From: Thermoplasmatota archaeon
Lineage (GTDB): Archaea > Thermoplasmatota > E2 > JACPAO01 > JAHFTW01
Reading direction: 5' to 3'
Assembly: GCA_041601615.1 (NCBI GenBank)
Contig: JBFIHX010000005.1
Coordinates: 136,548-200,547, forward strand
DNA: 64,000 nucleotides
Each line of letters opens with the position of its first letter. The first letter of the stretch is position 1. Positions 37,738-46,696 of the stretch are shown here, in pieces. The notes beneath the pieces were generated by a model that was not told the DNA's origin, did not search any database, and was given only the letters and a program-made list of their open reading frames with translations. Made by a program: the position numbers and the translations under genes.

Positions 37738-38078
37738 CGTTGCATCTTCCTGCGGGCGTGGGTGCCGTGGCGTTTGTCGAGGGCGCCGAGGATGCTGCCT
37801 GCATCTCGGGGGGCGTCGGGCCGACTCGATTGATGTGGAGGTTGTTGTTGCCGCCGTTTTGTGGGGCGGGCGGTTATCCAGACCATGAGGCTTGTGGGCT
37901 CTGGTTCGGTGGGGTTGTCGCTTTCATCGGGTGGGGTCCTTCGCGCATCGATCACCGGAACCACATCTTCTGGGCCCCATCCACCCTCCATGGGTGGCGT
38001 CTCTTCGTTTGGCGGCGCTGCCGTGTCCTGATGGTCGCGGCGAGCGGCCGGGGGCGGGCTTGGGCTTGGGGTTACCAT
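37734..38078 (-). CDS. Hypothetical Pro-rich/disordered protein
   Basis: Fills the gap between two wHTH genes; overlaps the upstream stop and has an ATGA overlap downstream. Confidence 0.45.
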   Translation of the reverse strand: MVTPSPSPPPAARRDHQDTAAPPNEETPPMEGGWGPEDVVPVIDARRTPPDESDNPTEPEPTSLMVWITARPTKRRQQQPPHQSSRPDAPRDAGSILGALDKRHGTHARRKMQR

Positions 38079-38563
38079 GTTGGAGGCCCTCCGAGGTCCA
38101 TGCCGGCTCGTGTGGCCATGGCTTCGAGGTCTTTGGAGGGGTAGATGCGGTTGGCGCCGAGGCTTTGGTCGCGGCGTAGGATGCCGGCTTTTTCCATGCG
38201 GCGCACACGGCGGTGGACGCTGCTGGGGGCGCAGCCGAGGCGTTCTGCGAGTGCGGTTTGGTTTTGTCCCGGTTCGGCGGCTACGAGCCGTGCGACGCGC
38301 ATGTTGCGGTTGTCGCGAAGCAGTGCTGCGGCGGCTTTGTTGGCGACGGCGCCTCGGCTGCGGTCGTACCAGCACATCAGGGCGCCTACTTTGCGGTGGA
38401 CGACGATGCCTTCTGCTTCTAGGACGCGCAGGTGGTGTAGGCAAGCGTTCCAGCTGCTGCCGGTAAGAACACTGAGCCGTCGGACGTGGATGCCGGGGAT
38501 GGCTTGCACTAGGGCGAGGATGCGGGAGCGAAGGGGCGTGCGGCTTGGCACGGGGCGGGTCAT
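38072..38563 (-). CDS. Soluble double winged-HTH regulator
   Basis: IPGIHVRRL...HHLRVL and EPGQNQTALAERL...RRMEKAGIL. Confidence 0.85.
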   Translation of the reverse strand: MTRPVPSRTPLRSRILALVQAIPGIHVRRLSVLTGSSWNACLHHLRVLEAEGIVVHRKVGALMCWYDRSRGAVANKAAAALLRDNRNMRVARLVAAEPGQNQTALAERLGCAPSSVHRRVRRMEKAGILRRDQSLGANRIYPSKDLEAMATRAGMDLGGPPTW

Positions 38564-38693
38564 GGGGGATGCTCGTGCGCGCCGGGTGGTGGCAGCTTGC
38601 TCGAATGGCCGGAACCGATTGGGTCGGGCTGGTGGAGTCGACGGCGGGGTTGGTGACGGGGTTGGTGACGAGGTCGGCGGCGGGGGGTGGCGT

Positions 38694-40673
38694 GTGGCGG
38701 TTCCGGCCATTCGTGACGCGGGCCATAGCGGTCGGCGGGCCAAGCAGCGTTTGGTGCGCCATTTGAGCCCCAAGACCCCCGACCGAAGAGCGAGGCGCCG
38801 CAAGGCCGCCTTCGCCGCCTCCGTGACCGCTTTGTTGCTGGTCACGGGGCTCTCTGCCCTCTATATCCTACCGCGCAATGGCTTCGTTCCGCCGAACGTG
38901 GAGCCTGTGCATGATGGCGGTGGACACGCCGTGTTCGATGCCAACCAAACGGTGGCGGCTGCCATCGCCGAGATGCAGGCTATTGCGGATGCGACTGCGA
39001 GCGCCGTGGCTCAGGCGGGCGCCGCTGCGGACGCCGAGTTCAATGCCAGTCTCGATGCGGCCAGTCAGTCCGCCGCATCTGCTGCCGCCGAGGCGGAGTC
39101 TGCCGTGGCTGCTGCCGGGAACGCCGGAGGCAATCTGACTGAGGCCCCCGAAGGGTACGTGGAGGGTGGCTCCGTGCAGGTTGTCGTGGATGACGTGTCT
39201 GAGTCGGAGTTCCAGAACGGTTCGTACCAGTATGAGTACACGTTCCATGCTCCTGGCGAAGGCGGCGACTACCAGAACAGCAGCAGCAGTTTCGAGGCAC
39301 GCGGTGGGCTGAATCTGCCGGCCAGTGGTGTTGCCCAGGTGGACACGACGTTGGCCGCTGCGGTGGACGCCTATCTGACGTACAAGACGCAACTCATGGA
39401 AGGCATCGTCGCGGAAAACAATGTCAGCGTGCTTCTGGGCGAGGACTACCATTACGTCTCTGGCGCCGAGGGGTACTCGTACTACGAAGCGCCCGACAAA
39501 GAAGGCGCAGAGGCGGCCCTTGCGCATGCCAACGCGACGATCGAAGCGGCGTTTCGAGCCGCCGGCAACGCGCGCGCAGCAGTGAACGCTTCTTGGTCCA
39601 TTGAGTTGACGCTGGTGGCCGAGACGGAGGCGCAAATCGAAGCCGCCGCCGATGCCGCAGCACAAGCAAAGGCCGACGTGTCCGCGGAAGCGGAGGCCAA
39701 GGCGGACGCACAGTTTGCCGCGGCATTCGACAAGGAAGCTGAGTTGCACGCGGAAGCAGAACACAAGATCGACGAAGCGCACAAGGTCCACAAGGGTGCC
39801 AAAGCGCAGGTGCAAGCCGAGACCCAAGGGCAAGTGGAAGCGATGTACGGCGCCGCTGCAACGGCCGAGGAGCAATTCACGGCTCGTGCCCAAGATGCAC
39901 TTGCCGCCGGCGCTGAAGCGGAGGAAGCCATTTGGGCCGCAGCCGACGCCCAGGTCGCCGCGCTGCTGAAGGCGGGAAGTGATGCGGGCGTGAATGTCAG
40001 CGGCGAAGTCGAGGCAATCATGTCCGTGGCTGCCGAACAAGCGTCTCGCGCCCGGTTCAGTGCCCAGTACATGCATGACTTGATGGTTCGACAGGCTGCC
40101 AATGCTCGCGTCAACGCCGACGCCCGAGCCAGTGCCATGTGGGACGCCGCAGCCTCGGCCGATGCCCGGCTGGATGCGCAATTGGAGGTCAGTGTGAAGC
40201 TGATTCTGCGCGCCGAGGCGTATGCTGTTGCTCGCGTGCATGCAGAAGCCGAGGCTCGTGCCCAAGCGTACTTTGCCACGGCCCAGCGACTTAGCGCCCA
40301 AATCGACCAGCGCTACCACGCCGAGGTGCAAGCCCTGATTCGAGCGGCGTTCAGCGTCCACTTTGCCAGCCAAGGCAACTTGGATTCGAGCCGGGACCTG
40401 GCGGAATTGGTGCGCCAAGACATGAACGTGGAAGTGGCCAAGGACGTGTCCTACATGCGCACGGTCGCCAGTGACTACGAGCGGCGCGAGGCGCTGCCCG
40501 AGTATGCCGGCGAAGCGGATTACTGGTATGATCTTGCCAGTGCCGTGGAGACCGACGGCGCGGGGGTCACGCAATACGTCGACCTTGTGTTGCTGCCGGA
40601 GATTGAGGAGAAGTCGCAGACCTTTGTTGGCGTCCAAAGAGACCTGACGGCTCTGCAAGAAAAGTGGGCCTAG
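38694..40673 (+). CDS. Single-pass membrane protein with a long Ala/Glu-rich helical (apolipoprotein/coiled-coil-like) ectodomain
   Basis: Basic N-terminus, one TM helix, then a long run of Ala-rich heptads. Start uncertain. Confidence 0.75.
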   Translation: MAVPAIRDAGHSGRRAKQRLVRHLSPKTPDRRARRRKAAFAASVTALLLVTGLSALYILPRNGFVPPNVEPVHDGGGHAVFDANQTVAAAIAEMQAIADATASAVAQAGAAADAEFNASLDAASQSAASAAAEAESAVAAAGNAGGNLTEAPEGYVEGGSVQVVVDDVSESEFQNGSYQYEYTFHAPGEGGDYQNSSSSFEARGGLNLPASGVAQVDTTLAAAVDAYLTYKTQLMEGIVAENNVSVLLGEDYHYVSGAEGYSYYEAPDKEGAEAALAHANATIEAAFRAAGNARAAVNASWSIELTLVAETEAQIEAAADAAAQAKADVSAEAEAKADAQFAAAFDKEAELHAEAEHKIDEAHKVHKGAKAQVQAETQGQVEAMYGAAATAEEQFTARAQDALAAGAEAEEAIWAAADAQVAALLKAGSDAGVNVSGEVEAIMSVAAEQASRARFSAQYMHDLMVRQAANARVNADARASAMWDAAASADARLDAQLEVSVKLILRAEAYAVARVHAEAEARAQAYFATAQRLSAQIDQRYHAEVQALIRAAFSVHFASQGNLDSSRDLAELVRQDMNVEVAKDVSYMRTVASDYERREALPEYAGEADYWYDLASAVETDGAGVTQYVDLVLLPEIEEKSQTFVGVQRDLTALQEKWA

Positions 40674-40966
40674 TCTCTGCCTGCTTGGTGCGGAGGTCGG
40701 AAGTTCCGGCGCCGTGCCTCCTCTCTCGTCCTCTTTCCCCCGGTCCTTTGCCCGCTTTCTCCCGCATTTCCCTTATTTCCTAGGCTCTCCCCCGTTTTCT
40801 CCTGCTTCCTCCCGTCCTCATCCCGTCCTCATCCGTGCTCCCCCAAGCTCCTCCCTTCTTCTCCACTCTCCGATCATCTCCTCCTGTCTCCTCCAGTTTC
40901 CCTCCTTTCTCCTTTGATTCCAGCCGTTCGAGCCGGACCCCATCTCCTTCGGAGGCCCAACTTCTC

Positions 40967-42919
40967 GTGGTGACATGCTTGACCCCCGAGCCCACGCCCC
41001 GACCCGAACCCCAACCTGAAAGCCCGCCCCGCACCCCGCGCAACCGCAAACCTGCCCAAGTGCTTGGCGCCCTCGCAATCGTCGCATTGCTCGTCGGCGC
41101 CGGATTCCTGCTCGTCCTGCCCAGCGTGGACGATGCCACGGGCCGAGAAGGCGTCCAGAGCGAACAGGTGCTCTCGACTCCCGATGCAGTGGTGGCAGAA
41201 GCGTCCCGCGTCCTGCCCACTTTGGTTGCTGCCGAAAACACAGCGCTCGCGGCCACCATCCAAGCCGAAACAGCACTGGAAACAGCCGCTCGAGCCGCCC
41301 AAAGCCAAGTCATCAACGAGGCGATGGCGCAGGCAAGCGGGCTGCAATCCGTGGTGTCCAGTGCGACCGGTTTGGGTCTGCCCAGTGTTCCGGCAAGCTA
41401 CGTGGTGGGCACGGACGTAAGCGGCTACTTGGGCGCTGCTGGCAGTGTGCCCTATGCAGTCAGCGTACTCGATGTGCCTGGCACCGTGGGCGGCGCCACC
41501 AGCCTTGCTGAATCCACCGTCGGCGGCTCGTTTGTCACGGGCGGTGCCGCTCCACGCACGGGCGTCCCGGAAGTGGATTCGCTCATGCAGCAAGCAGGTC
41601 TCATCGATGCCGCGTACGGCACGCTTCTTGGCCAAGACCTGAACCATGTGCTTGCGGGACTTGGACATTCCCTGCCGGTGCCCGTTGGTGTGCCGATTCC
41701 GGGCGGGCTTCCCACGGACGGCCTCCTTCCGGCGATGCCCGGTGCCGACGCGGGGGCAGTGGACCCCGACGACGAGGGCGCTGCCAACGCTCTAACGTTC
41801 GGTTATGGACTCACGGATGGAGTTACGGGCGCATTTGCCGGTCTAAGCAGTCAGGCATCGGCTGTACTCGTGGATCAGGCCGCCCTCGTGGCGCAAGTGA
41901 ACGAGCTTGCCACCGAGGTGCGAAGCATGGAGGCCGAGGGAACCGCGAGCATCCTCGCGCAATTGGAGGATCGCATCGCAGCGGCGGGCACGGACGCCCA
42001 GGCCCGCATCGATGCCCTGCTGGCGGCCCGCGATGCGTTCCAGTTGATTCTTCTGGAAGCACACGCATCGGCCCAGGCGGCGGTGTTGGCGGCTCTGGAT
42101 GCATCGCAGGCCGAATTGCAGGCCGCCGCCGACCAACAAGTGCAGATTCTGATGCAGGCTGCTGAGGCCACCCAAGCGGAGGCAGTGGCCCGGGTCGCGG
42201 CGCTGGATGCGCAAACGCAAGCCTACCTAGAACTCCTGGCTCGCATGGAGGCAAACGGCGCGGACGTAGCGCTGCAAGTGGCGGATGTGCAGGCGCAGGC
42301 AACCGAGCTACGGCAACAAGCTCTAGCGATTGCGACCGAACAAGAGGCGACATTGCTGACTGCGGCAGCCAATGTGGAAGCGCAGGCGACGGGCCTCGTG
42401 GCAGATGTGCAGGTTCCCAATTTTGTGGATTTGGATGCCCAACTTGCCGCTGCATCGGCGGAGGTGGACCGTGCGCTGGCGTTTGGTCAGGCGCTTGCCT
42501 TGGCGGGCGCCGCGGCGACGGTGGCGGTGCATGAAGCCAACGCCGTGGCGACCGTAGATGCACTGCAAGCGGCGGCTCAAGCGGAGGTGGACAACGTGCG
42601 CACGCAGGCGCTGGCTTACCTGGATCGAACCACGGATCTTGCCGCCAGTGGTCAAGCGCTCGTCGAGCAGCTACAAGCGGATGGGACGGCGCACCTGGAT
42701 TTGGCGGTGGGCTATGTAGAGAAGGTCGCTGGCGACTATGCCACTGTGCCCGCTCCGGAACGCCAAGCTGCTGCGGATGCGTTGCTGGCGGATGCCGAAT
42801 TGCTGCTCGGAGTCGGAACGGGCGCCGTGGACTCGGGCATGCAGGTGTTTGCGCAGTTTGGCGCGGTGGCCCGCAGCGCGACTACGGTGCAAGCGCAAGT
42901 GCTGGCGCTTGCGTTGTAA
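40967..42919 (+). CDS. Paralogous single-pass Ala/Gln-rich helical protein
   Basis: Same layout as the upstream gene, with a shared YxxxVAxDY C-terminal motif. Start uncertain. Confidence 0.75.
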   Translation: MVTCLTPEPTPRPEPQPESPPRTPRNRKPAQVLGALAIVALLVGAGFLLVLPSVDDATGREGVQSEQVLSTPDAVVAEASRVLPTLVAAENTALAATIQAETALETAARAAQSQVINEAMAQASGLQSVVSSATGLGLPSVPASYVVGTDVSGYLGAAGSVPYAVSVLDVPGTVGGATSLAESTVGGSFVTGGAAPRTGVPEVDSLMQQAGLIDAAYGTLLGQDLNHVLAGLGHSLPVPVGVPIPGGLPTDGLLPAMPGADAGAVDPDDEGAANALTFGYGLTDGVTGAFAGLSSQASAVLVDQAALVAQVNELATEVRSMEAEGTASILAQLEDRIAAAGTDAQARIDALLAARDAFQLILLEAHASAQAAVLAALDASQAELQAAADQQVQILMQAAEATQAEAVARVAALDAQTQAYLELLARMEANGADVALQVADVQAQATELRQQALAIATEQEATLLTAAANVEAQATGLVADVQVPNFVDLDAQLAAASAEVDRALAFGQALALAGAAATVAVHEANAVATVDALQAAAQAEVDNVRTQALAYLDRTTDLAASGQALVEQLQADGTAHLDLAVGYVEKVAGDYATVPAPERQAAADALLADAELLLGVGTGAVDSGMQVFAQFGAVARSATTVQAQVLALAL

Positions 42920-43159
42920 CCCGAACCTGTGTTCTCTTCCCACTTTTTCCCTTGAGATCCTGGGCTGGTATGGGTTTCCTGATTTTGGGGTTTTTTGGAC
43001 AAATCATGGGGATGAACGTCGAAGCGACGGGCGCACACGGTCGATCTTCAACATGGCGCACGCAAAGGATGGAATGGTGCGGCCGGGTAGGGGCAGGCCG
43101 GAGCGAAGGATGGGGAGAAGGACGGGGAGAAGGAAGGATGAGGCGGGTCGGTGGCTATG

Positions 43160-43684
43160 CTAGAAGGAGCGCTTCAGTACCCCGAGTACGTTGCGTTCGT
43201 ACTCCAGTTGGTCCAGCGGCACCGATTCAGGATCTAGGTCGTTGAGCAAAAACAGATCTTTGACCGTAATTCCCAGTTCCTTGCGCCACGTTTGCACCGT
43301 GTGCGTCAATCGCTCGGTACTCGCCGCCGCCACGCGCACTGCAAAACCACCCGGACGGTCCAGGAGGGTATAGCAAGCGAGGCTGTTTGGGTCGCGCTCT
43401 AAGCGATTCCCCACGTCCGAGAGGCGGTCCTCGGGAGCGTCCACGACGAGCCAAGCCATCACGGGGAATCCCATCGCTTTGGGGTCCACGATGGCTTGGT
43501 AGCCCTGGATCATTCCCTCCCGCTCCAACCGATGCAATCGGTCGCGGGTGGTGGTTTCAGGAAGGTCGATGATTTTTGCCAAGGCCCGGATGCTGATGCG
43601 TCCGTCCTCGCGCAGGACTTCTACGATTTTCTGGTCCGCCTCGGCGAGACGTTCTGCCGACGGGATGGGCTCGCCCGTCATCAA
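43160..43684 (-). CDS. Lrp/AsnC family regulator
   Basis: DQKIVEVLREDGRIS...RLEREGMIQGYQAIVD. Confidence 0.9.
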   Translation of the reverse strand: MMTGEPIPSAERLAEADQKIVEVLREDGRISIRALAKIIDLPETTTRDRLHRLEREGMIQGYQAIVDPKAMGFPVMAWLVVDAPEDRLSDVGNRLERDPNSLACYTLLDRPGGFAVRVAAASTERLTHTVQTWRKELGITVKDLFLLNDLDPESVPLDQLEYERNVLGVLKRSF

Positions 43685-44205
43685 AGAGTGGCCTCCAGGA
43701 TGACACGCTCAGGGGGGCTGCGCTGGCGCAGTTCCACGTGGGCCATCTCTTCGGCACTCATGTCGCGTGGGGGCTTGCCCAGCGGAACGAGGCGGGCGCG
43801 ACCGTACCCACGCGGGTACACGGCGCGCTCCAGTGTGCGCTGAAGTTGGTTGAAGTCGGCGCCAACCATTTCCAGGACGAGGTCGTATCGTCCATTTGAT
43901 CGATAGGCGCTGCGAATCATGGGGTCCTCCATCAGTGCGTGCAGGTCCGTGGGTCGCGTGGGGCCGGTCGCCTCCAGGAGCGCCAAGGCGCGAAACGGCA
44001 TGCCCATGCGTTGTTCGTCCACGATGGCGCGATAGCCACGGATGACGCCACGGTTTTCCATGGCAATAATGCGGTCGCGTACGGTGTTGATCGACAAGCG
44101 TAGATCCTTGGCAAGTTCGGTGTATGGGATGCGTCCGTGGTCGCATAGGTTGCCGAGGATACGCAGGTTCAATCGGTCGAGGTTGAGGCTTGTTTTTTTC
44201 TTGAT
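43681..44205 (-). CDS. Lrp/AsnC family regulator (probable ATC start at 44205; alternative TTG at 44172)
   Basis: LDRLNLRILGNL..HGRIPYTELA...GVIRGY, GRYD; AGGAGG SD upstream of an in-frame ATC. Confidence 0.88.
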   Translation of the reverse strand: MKKKTSLNLDRLNLRILGNLCDHGRIPYTELAKDLRLSINTVRDRIIAMENRGVIRGYRAIVDEQRMGMPFRALALLEATGPTRPTDLHALMEDPMIRSAYRSNGRYDLVLEMVGADFNQLQRTLERAVYPRGYGRARLVPLGKPPRDMSAEEMAHVELRQRSPPERVILEATL

Positions 44206-44239
44206 GGTTGTTCCCTCCTGGAGGTCGGTTCGGTTGGGA

Positions 44240-44272
44240 TGGTGGTGGTGGTGGTGGTGGTGGTGGTGGTGG
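44240..44272 (+). repeat. (TGG)11 microsatellite
   Basis: Perfect trinucleotide run in the intergenic region between two lrp genes. Confidence 0.95.
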
Positions 44273-44360
44273 GAAAGAGGGCTGTAGGGGAAGGGGCAGG
44301 TGGCTCAGTGCCGCACGCGGGCGGCCGGGATGGACTGGGCTGTGAGACGCCGGGTAGGAG

Positions 44361-44834
44361 TCAGCGCGCCGCACTCCAGGCGGTGTGGACACCGCGACTC
44401 GGTTCATCGTGAAGGGTATCCACGATGAGGGTGACTGTGGGTTCGGCAAGTCCCGCGCCCACGGCAAGCACCAGAGCGTGCTCGCGTACTCGATCCGGAT
44501 CGGAGCCCCGCAGTGTGAACGCAACACTCGCCCGATTGGCAAGGGTCCAAACACGCGTGACACCAGCAGAATGGCAGAGGCCATCCAAGCGGTCACGCGT
44601 GGTCTGGTCCGTCGGTGTGGCGGTCACCAAGACTTCATGCGGCATCCCCAATCGATCGGAGTCCAAGCGGACGGTGAAACCGGACACGAAGCCACTTTGC
44701 TGCATGCGGTCCAGCCGCGCCTGCACTACGTCCGCGCCGAGGCCCAAGCGAGCGCCGAGCGTCGCTGCGTCCGCACGAGGATCGTCAAGCAGCGCATCCA
44801 GCACTTGTTTGCCGATGCCATCGATTCCTTTCAC
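44361..44834 (-). CDS. Lrp/AsnC family regulator
   Basis: IDGIGKQVLDALLDDPRA...RLDRMQQSGFVSGF; AAGGAG SD. Confidence 0.85.
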   Translation of the reverse strand: MKGIDGIGKQVLDALLDDPRADAATLGARLGLGADVVQARLDRMQQSGFVSGFTVRLDSDRLGMPHEVLVTATPTDQTTRDRLDGLCHSAGVTRVWTLANRASVAFTLRGSDPDRVREHALVLAVGAGLAEPTVTLIVDTLHDEPSRGVHTAWSAAR

Positions 44835-45051
44835 AAAAATCGCTCCTTGCTTCTAGAACGGGTTCGTACGACTCCTGCCCTCGGCACCTTTGGCCATTTG
44901 AAGCGGCGCCCATATAGTTATTCCAAGATTGGCGGCGGTTGCAGCCTTGATTCGGCCCAAAACCAAGGCCTCCCCGGAATTTCTATCGCCCCGAGGAGAC
45001 AAACACGGCGCAATGGGCCCAAACTATCGGGGAACGGCACATCATTGTCCG

Positions 45052-45073
45052 TGAAATGAATCGATTCATTTCA
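45052..45073. promoter_or_regulatory. Perfect 22-bp palindrome, probable regulator-binding site
   Basis: TGAAATGAATC|GATTCATTTCA, upstream of the lrp triplet. Confidence 0.6.
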
Positions 45074-45128
45074 ATCAAATTGCACCGCCTCGCGCCCATC
45101 AAGCCAGCCTGGCCCGGGCGCAACGCGG

Positions 45129-45350
45129 CTATACGGTCTCCATCTCAAACAGACAACCAAGCCCCTGCAATTGGGCATGAATGCTGTCGCCGAAGGAAAG
45201 CACCTCGTCTAGGCTTGCCGCTCCAGGCCAATCGTAGACGAAATCGTGGGCGCCGTGCATCGGCTGGAACCCCATTCCCTCCAAGCCGTCCCGGACCTCG
45301 CTTGGCTTGGCTCCATCGGAGTTGAACATCACCTTGAGGTAGGTCCGCAT
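45129..45350 (-). CDS. Small conserved-looking hypothetical protein (73 aa)
   Basis: MRTYLKVMFNSDGAKPSEV...GAHDFVYDW...METV; good codon usage and a compact alpha/beta pattern. Confidence 0.75.
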   Translation of the reverse strand: MRTYLKVMFNSDGAKPSEVRDGLEGMGFQPMHGAHDFVYDWPGAASLDEVLSFGDSIHAQLQGLGCLFEMETV

Positions 45351-45464
45351 GCCATTCAGTTCGGTTCCATGCCTTCATAAATGCTGGCAAGCGGCCTTGC
45401 GCCCGGCTCTAGCTAAGACGGTGCCATTGCCCAACCGTCATCCATCACCCCTAGATGCGAACAC

Positions 45465-45761
45465 ATGCGCGCCCTTCTAGTGCTCTGCATGCTCGCCATG
45501 ATTCCCGCCGCCACGGCCGCCGCCGTCGCCGGACCCCAAGTCGCCTACTACGACTACGATCTCCAAACCGGCCCCACCTACGGCGCCTCCGTGGACGCCG
45601 GAACGTACCCCGCGCCCAACTGCGCCGACTGCGACGCCTGGGGCCTGCGCGTAGGTGCCGAGACCGACGGCGCCTCCTTTGTCGAACTCGAAGCCAAGCT
45701 GTGCCGCAGCTCCTTCATCTACATCTGCTTCGTCGACGAAGACATCACCATCACCCGCTAA
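45465..45761 (+). CDS. Small secreted CxxC protein, paralog 1
   Basis: Signal peptide; YPAPNCADCD; two more C-terminal Cys. Confidence 0.75.
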   Translation: MRALLVLCMLAMIPAATAAAVAGPQVAYYDYDLQTGPTYGASVDAGTYPAPNCADCDAWGLRVGAETDGASFVELEAKLCRSSFIYICFVDEDITITR

Positions 45762-45844
45762 GCTGGCCACGCAAACCGGCCTAAGTCAAAGCCGGGACGC
45801 GCCACGGTGACAATCCCTATCCCACCTTCTCCTCATTGCGACCC

Positions 45845-46150
45845 ATGCAATCTCTTCGATGCATCGCCATGTTGGCCGTGCTTCTGCTGCTGCCCCTCGC
45901 GGGCGCTCGTCCCATCCCCGACACCAACACCACCATTGATCCCGACGTAGTCCTGAGCCCGCCCGGCTGCGACGACTGCTACGACGTCTCCATCTACGTC
46001 TACCAAGGAATTCCCTTCGGCTGCATGGACTGCCCCGGTTTGCTCATCCTCGTGGGCGCAGAAGGAGAACTTCCAGGCAAACCAAATTCCCATACCGCCT
46101 ACGTCTGCATCACCGGGTACTCGCCATTCTGTCCACTGAACTATGTATAG
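45845..46150 (+). CDS. Small secreted CxxC protein, paralog 2
   Basis: Signal peptide; IDPDV.LSPPGCDDCY...CMDCP...VCITGYSPFC. Confidence 0.75.
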   Translation: MQSLRCIAMLAVLLLLPLAGARPIPDTNTTIDPDVVLSPPGCDDCYDVSIYVYQGIPFGCMDCPGLLILVGAEGELPGKPNSHTAYVCITGYSPFCPLNYV

Positions 46151-46256
46151 CCCGCCCTCCGCCCCCTGCTGGAACGATGTGGCAGCCTGGCCAATCCTCC
46201 CTAGATAACAATGGACCGTCCAGCAACCATCATCCTTCAAGCCCCGGTGCCCCAGT

Positions 46257-46607
46257 ATGCACCTTCGCATCATCCTCAGCCTCATCGCCCTCGTGGCACT
46301 CGCACCCGCCGCCTCCGCCGACCCACTCAACGCCATGCCCGACCCTGACGACATAGTCTTCGTCGTCATCGACCCCGACGTGGAGTACAGTCCAAACGGC
46401 TGCGACGACTGCTACGAAGCCTCCGCGCTTGTCGCTTTCGGCATCCGCAACTGCTACGACTGCCCCGTCTTCATCGCCGACGCAGGCATCGAAGACCGTG
46501 GGGACGGAGCCGAAACCCACGTCGTCGTCTGCTACGCAAGCTACGGCTGGTTCTGCCTCATCGACTGGATCAACGAACTCGTAGCTCCCCTGATCAACTA
46601 CCCCTAA
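46257..46607 (+). CDS. Small secreted CxxC protein, paralog 3
   Basis: Signal peptide; IDPDVEYSPNGCDDCY...CYDCP...VCYASYGWFC. Confidence 0.78.
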   Translation: MHLRIILSLIALVALAPAASADPLNAMPDPDDIVFVVIDPDVEYSPNGCDDCYEASALVAFGIRNCYDCPVFIADAGIEDRGDGAETHVVVCYASYGWFCLIDWINELVAPLINYP

Positions 46608-46696
46608 AGCACCCCTCCGGCCGTCAAGGCCCACACGGGCACCCCCGCAAGCCGCACAAGTGGCCTTTTTCACACCGCCCCCAGTGCCCAACCTGC

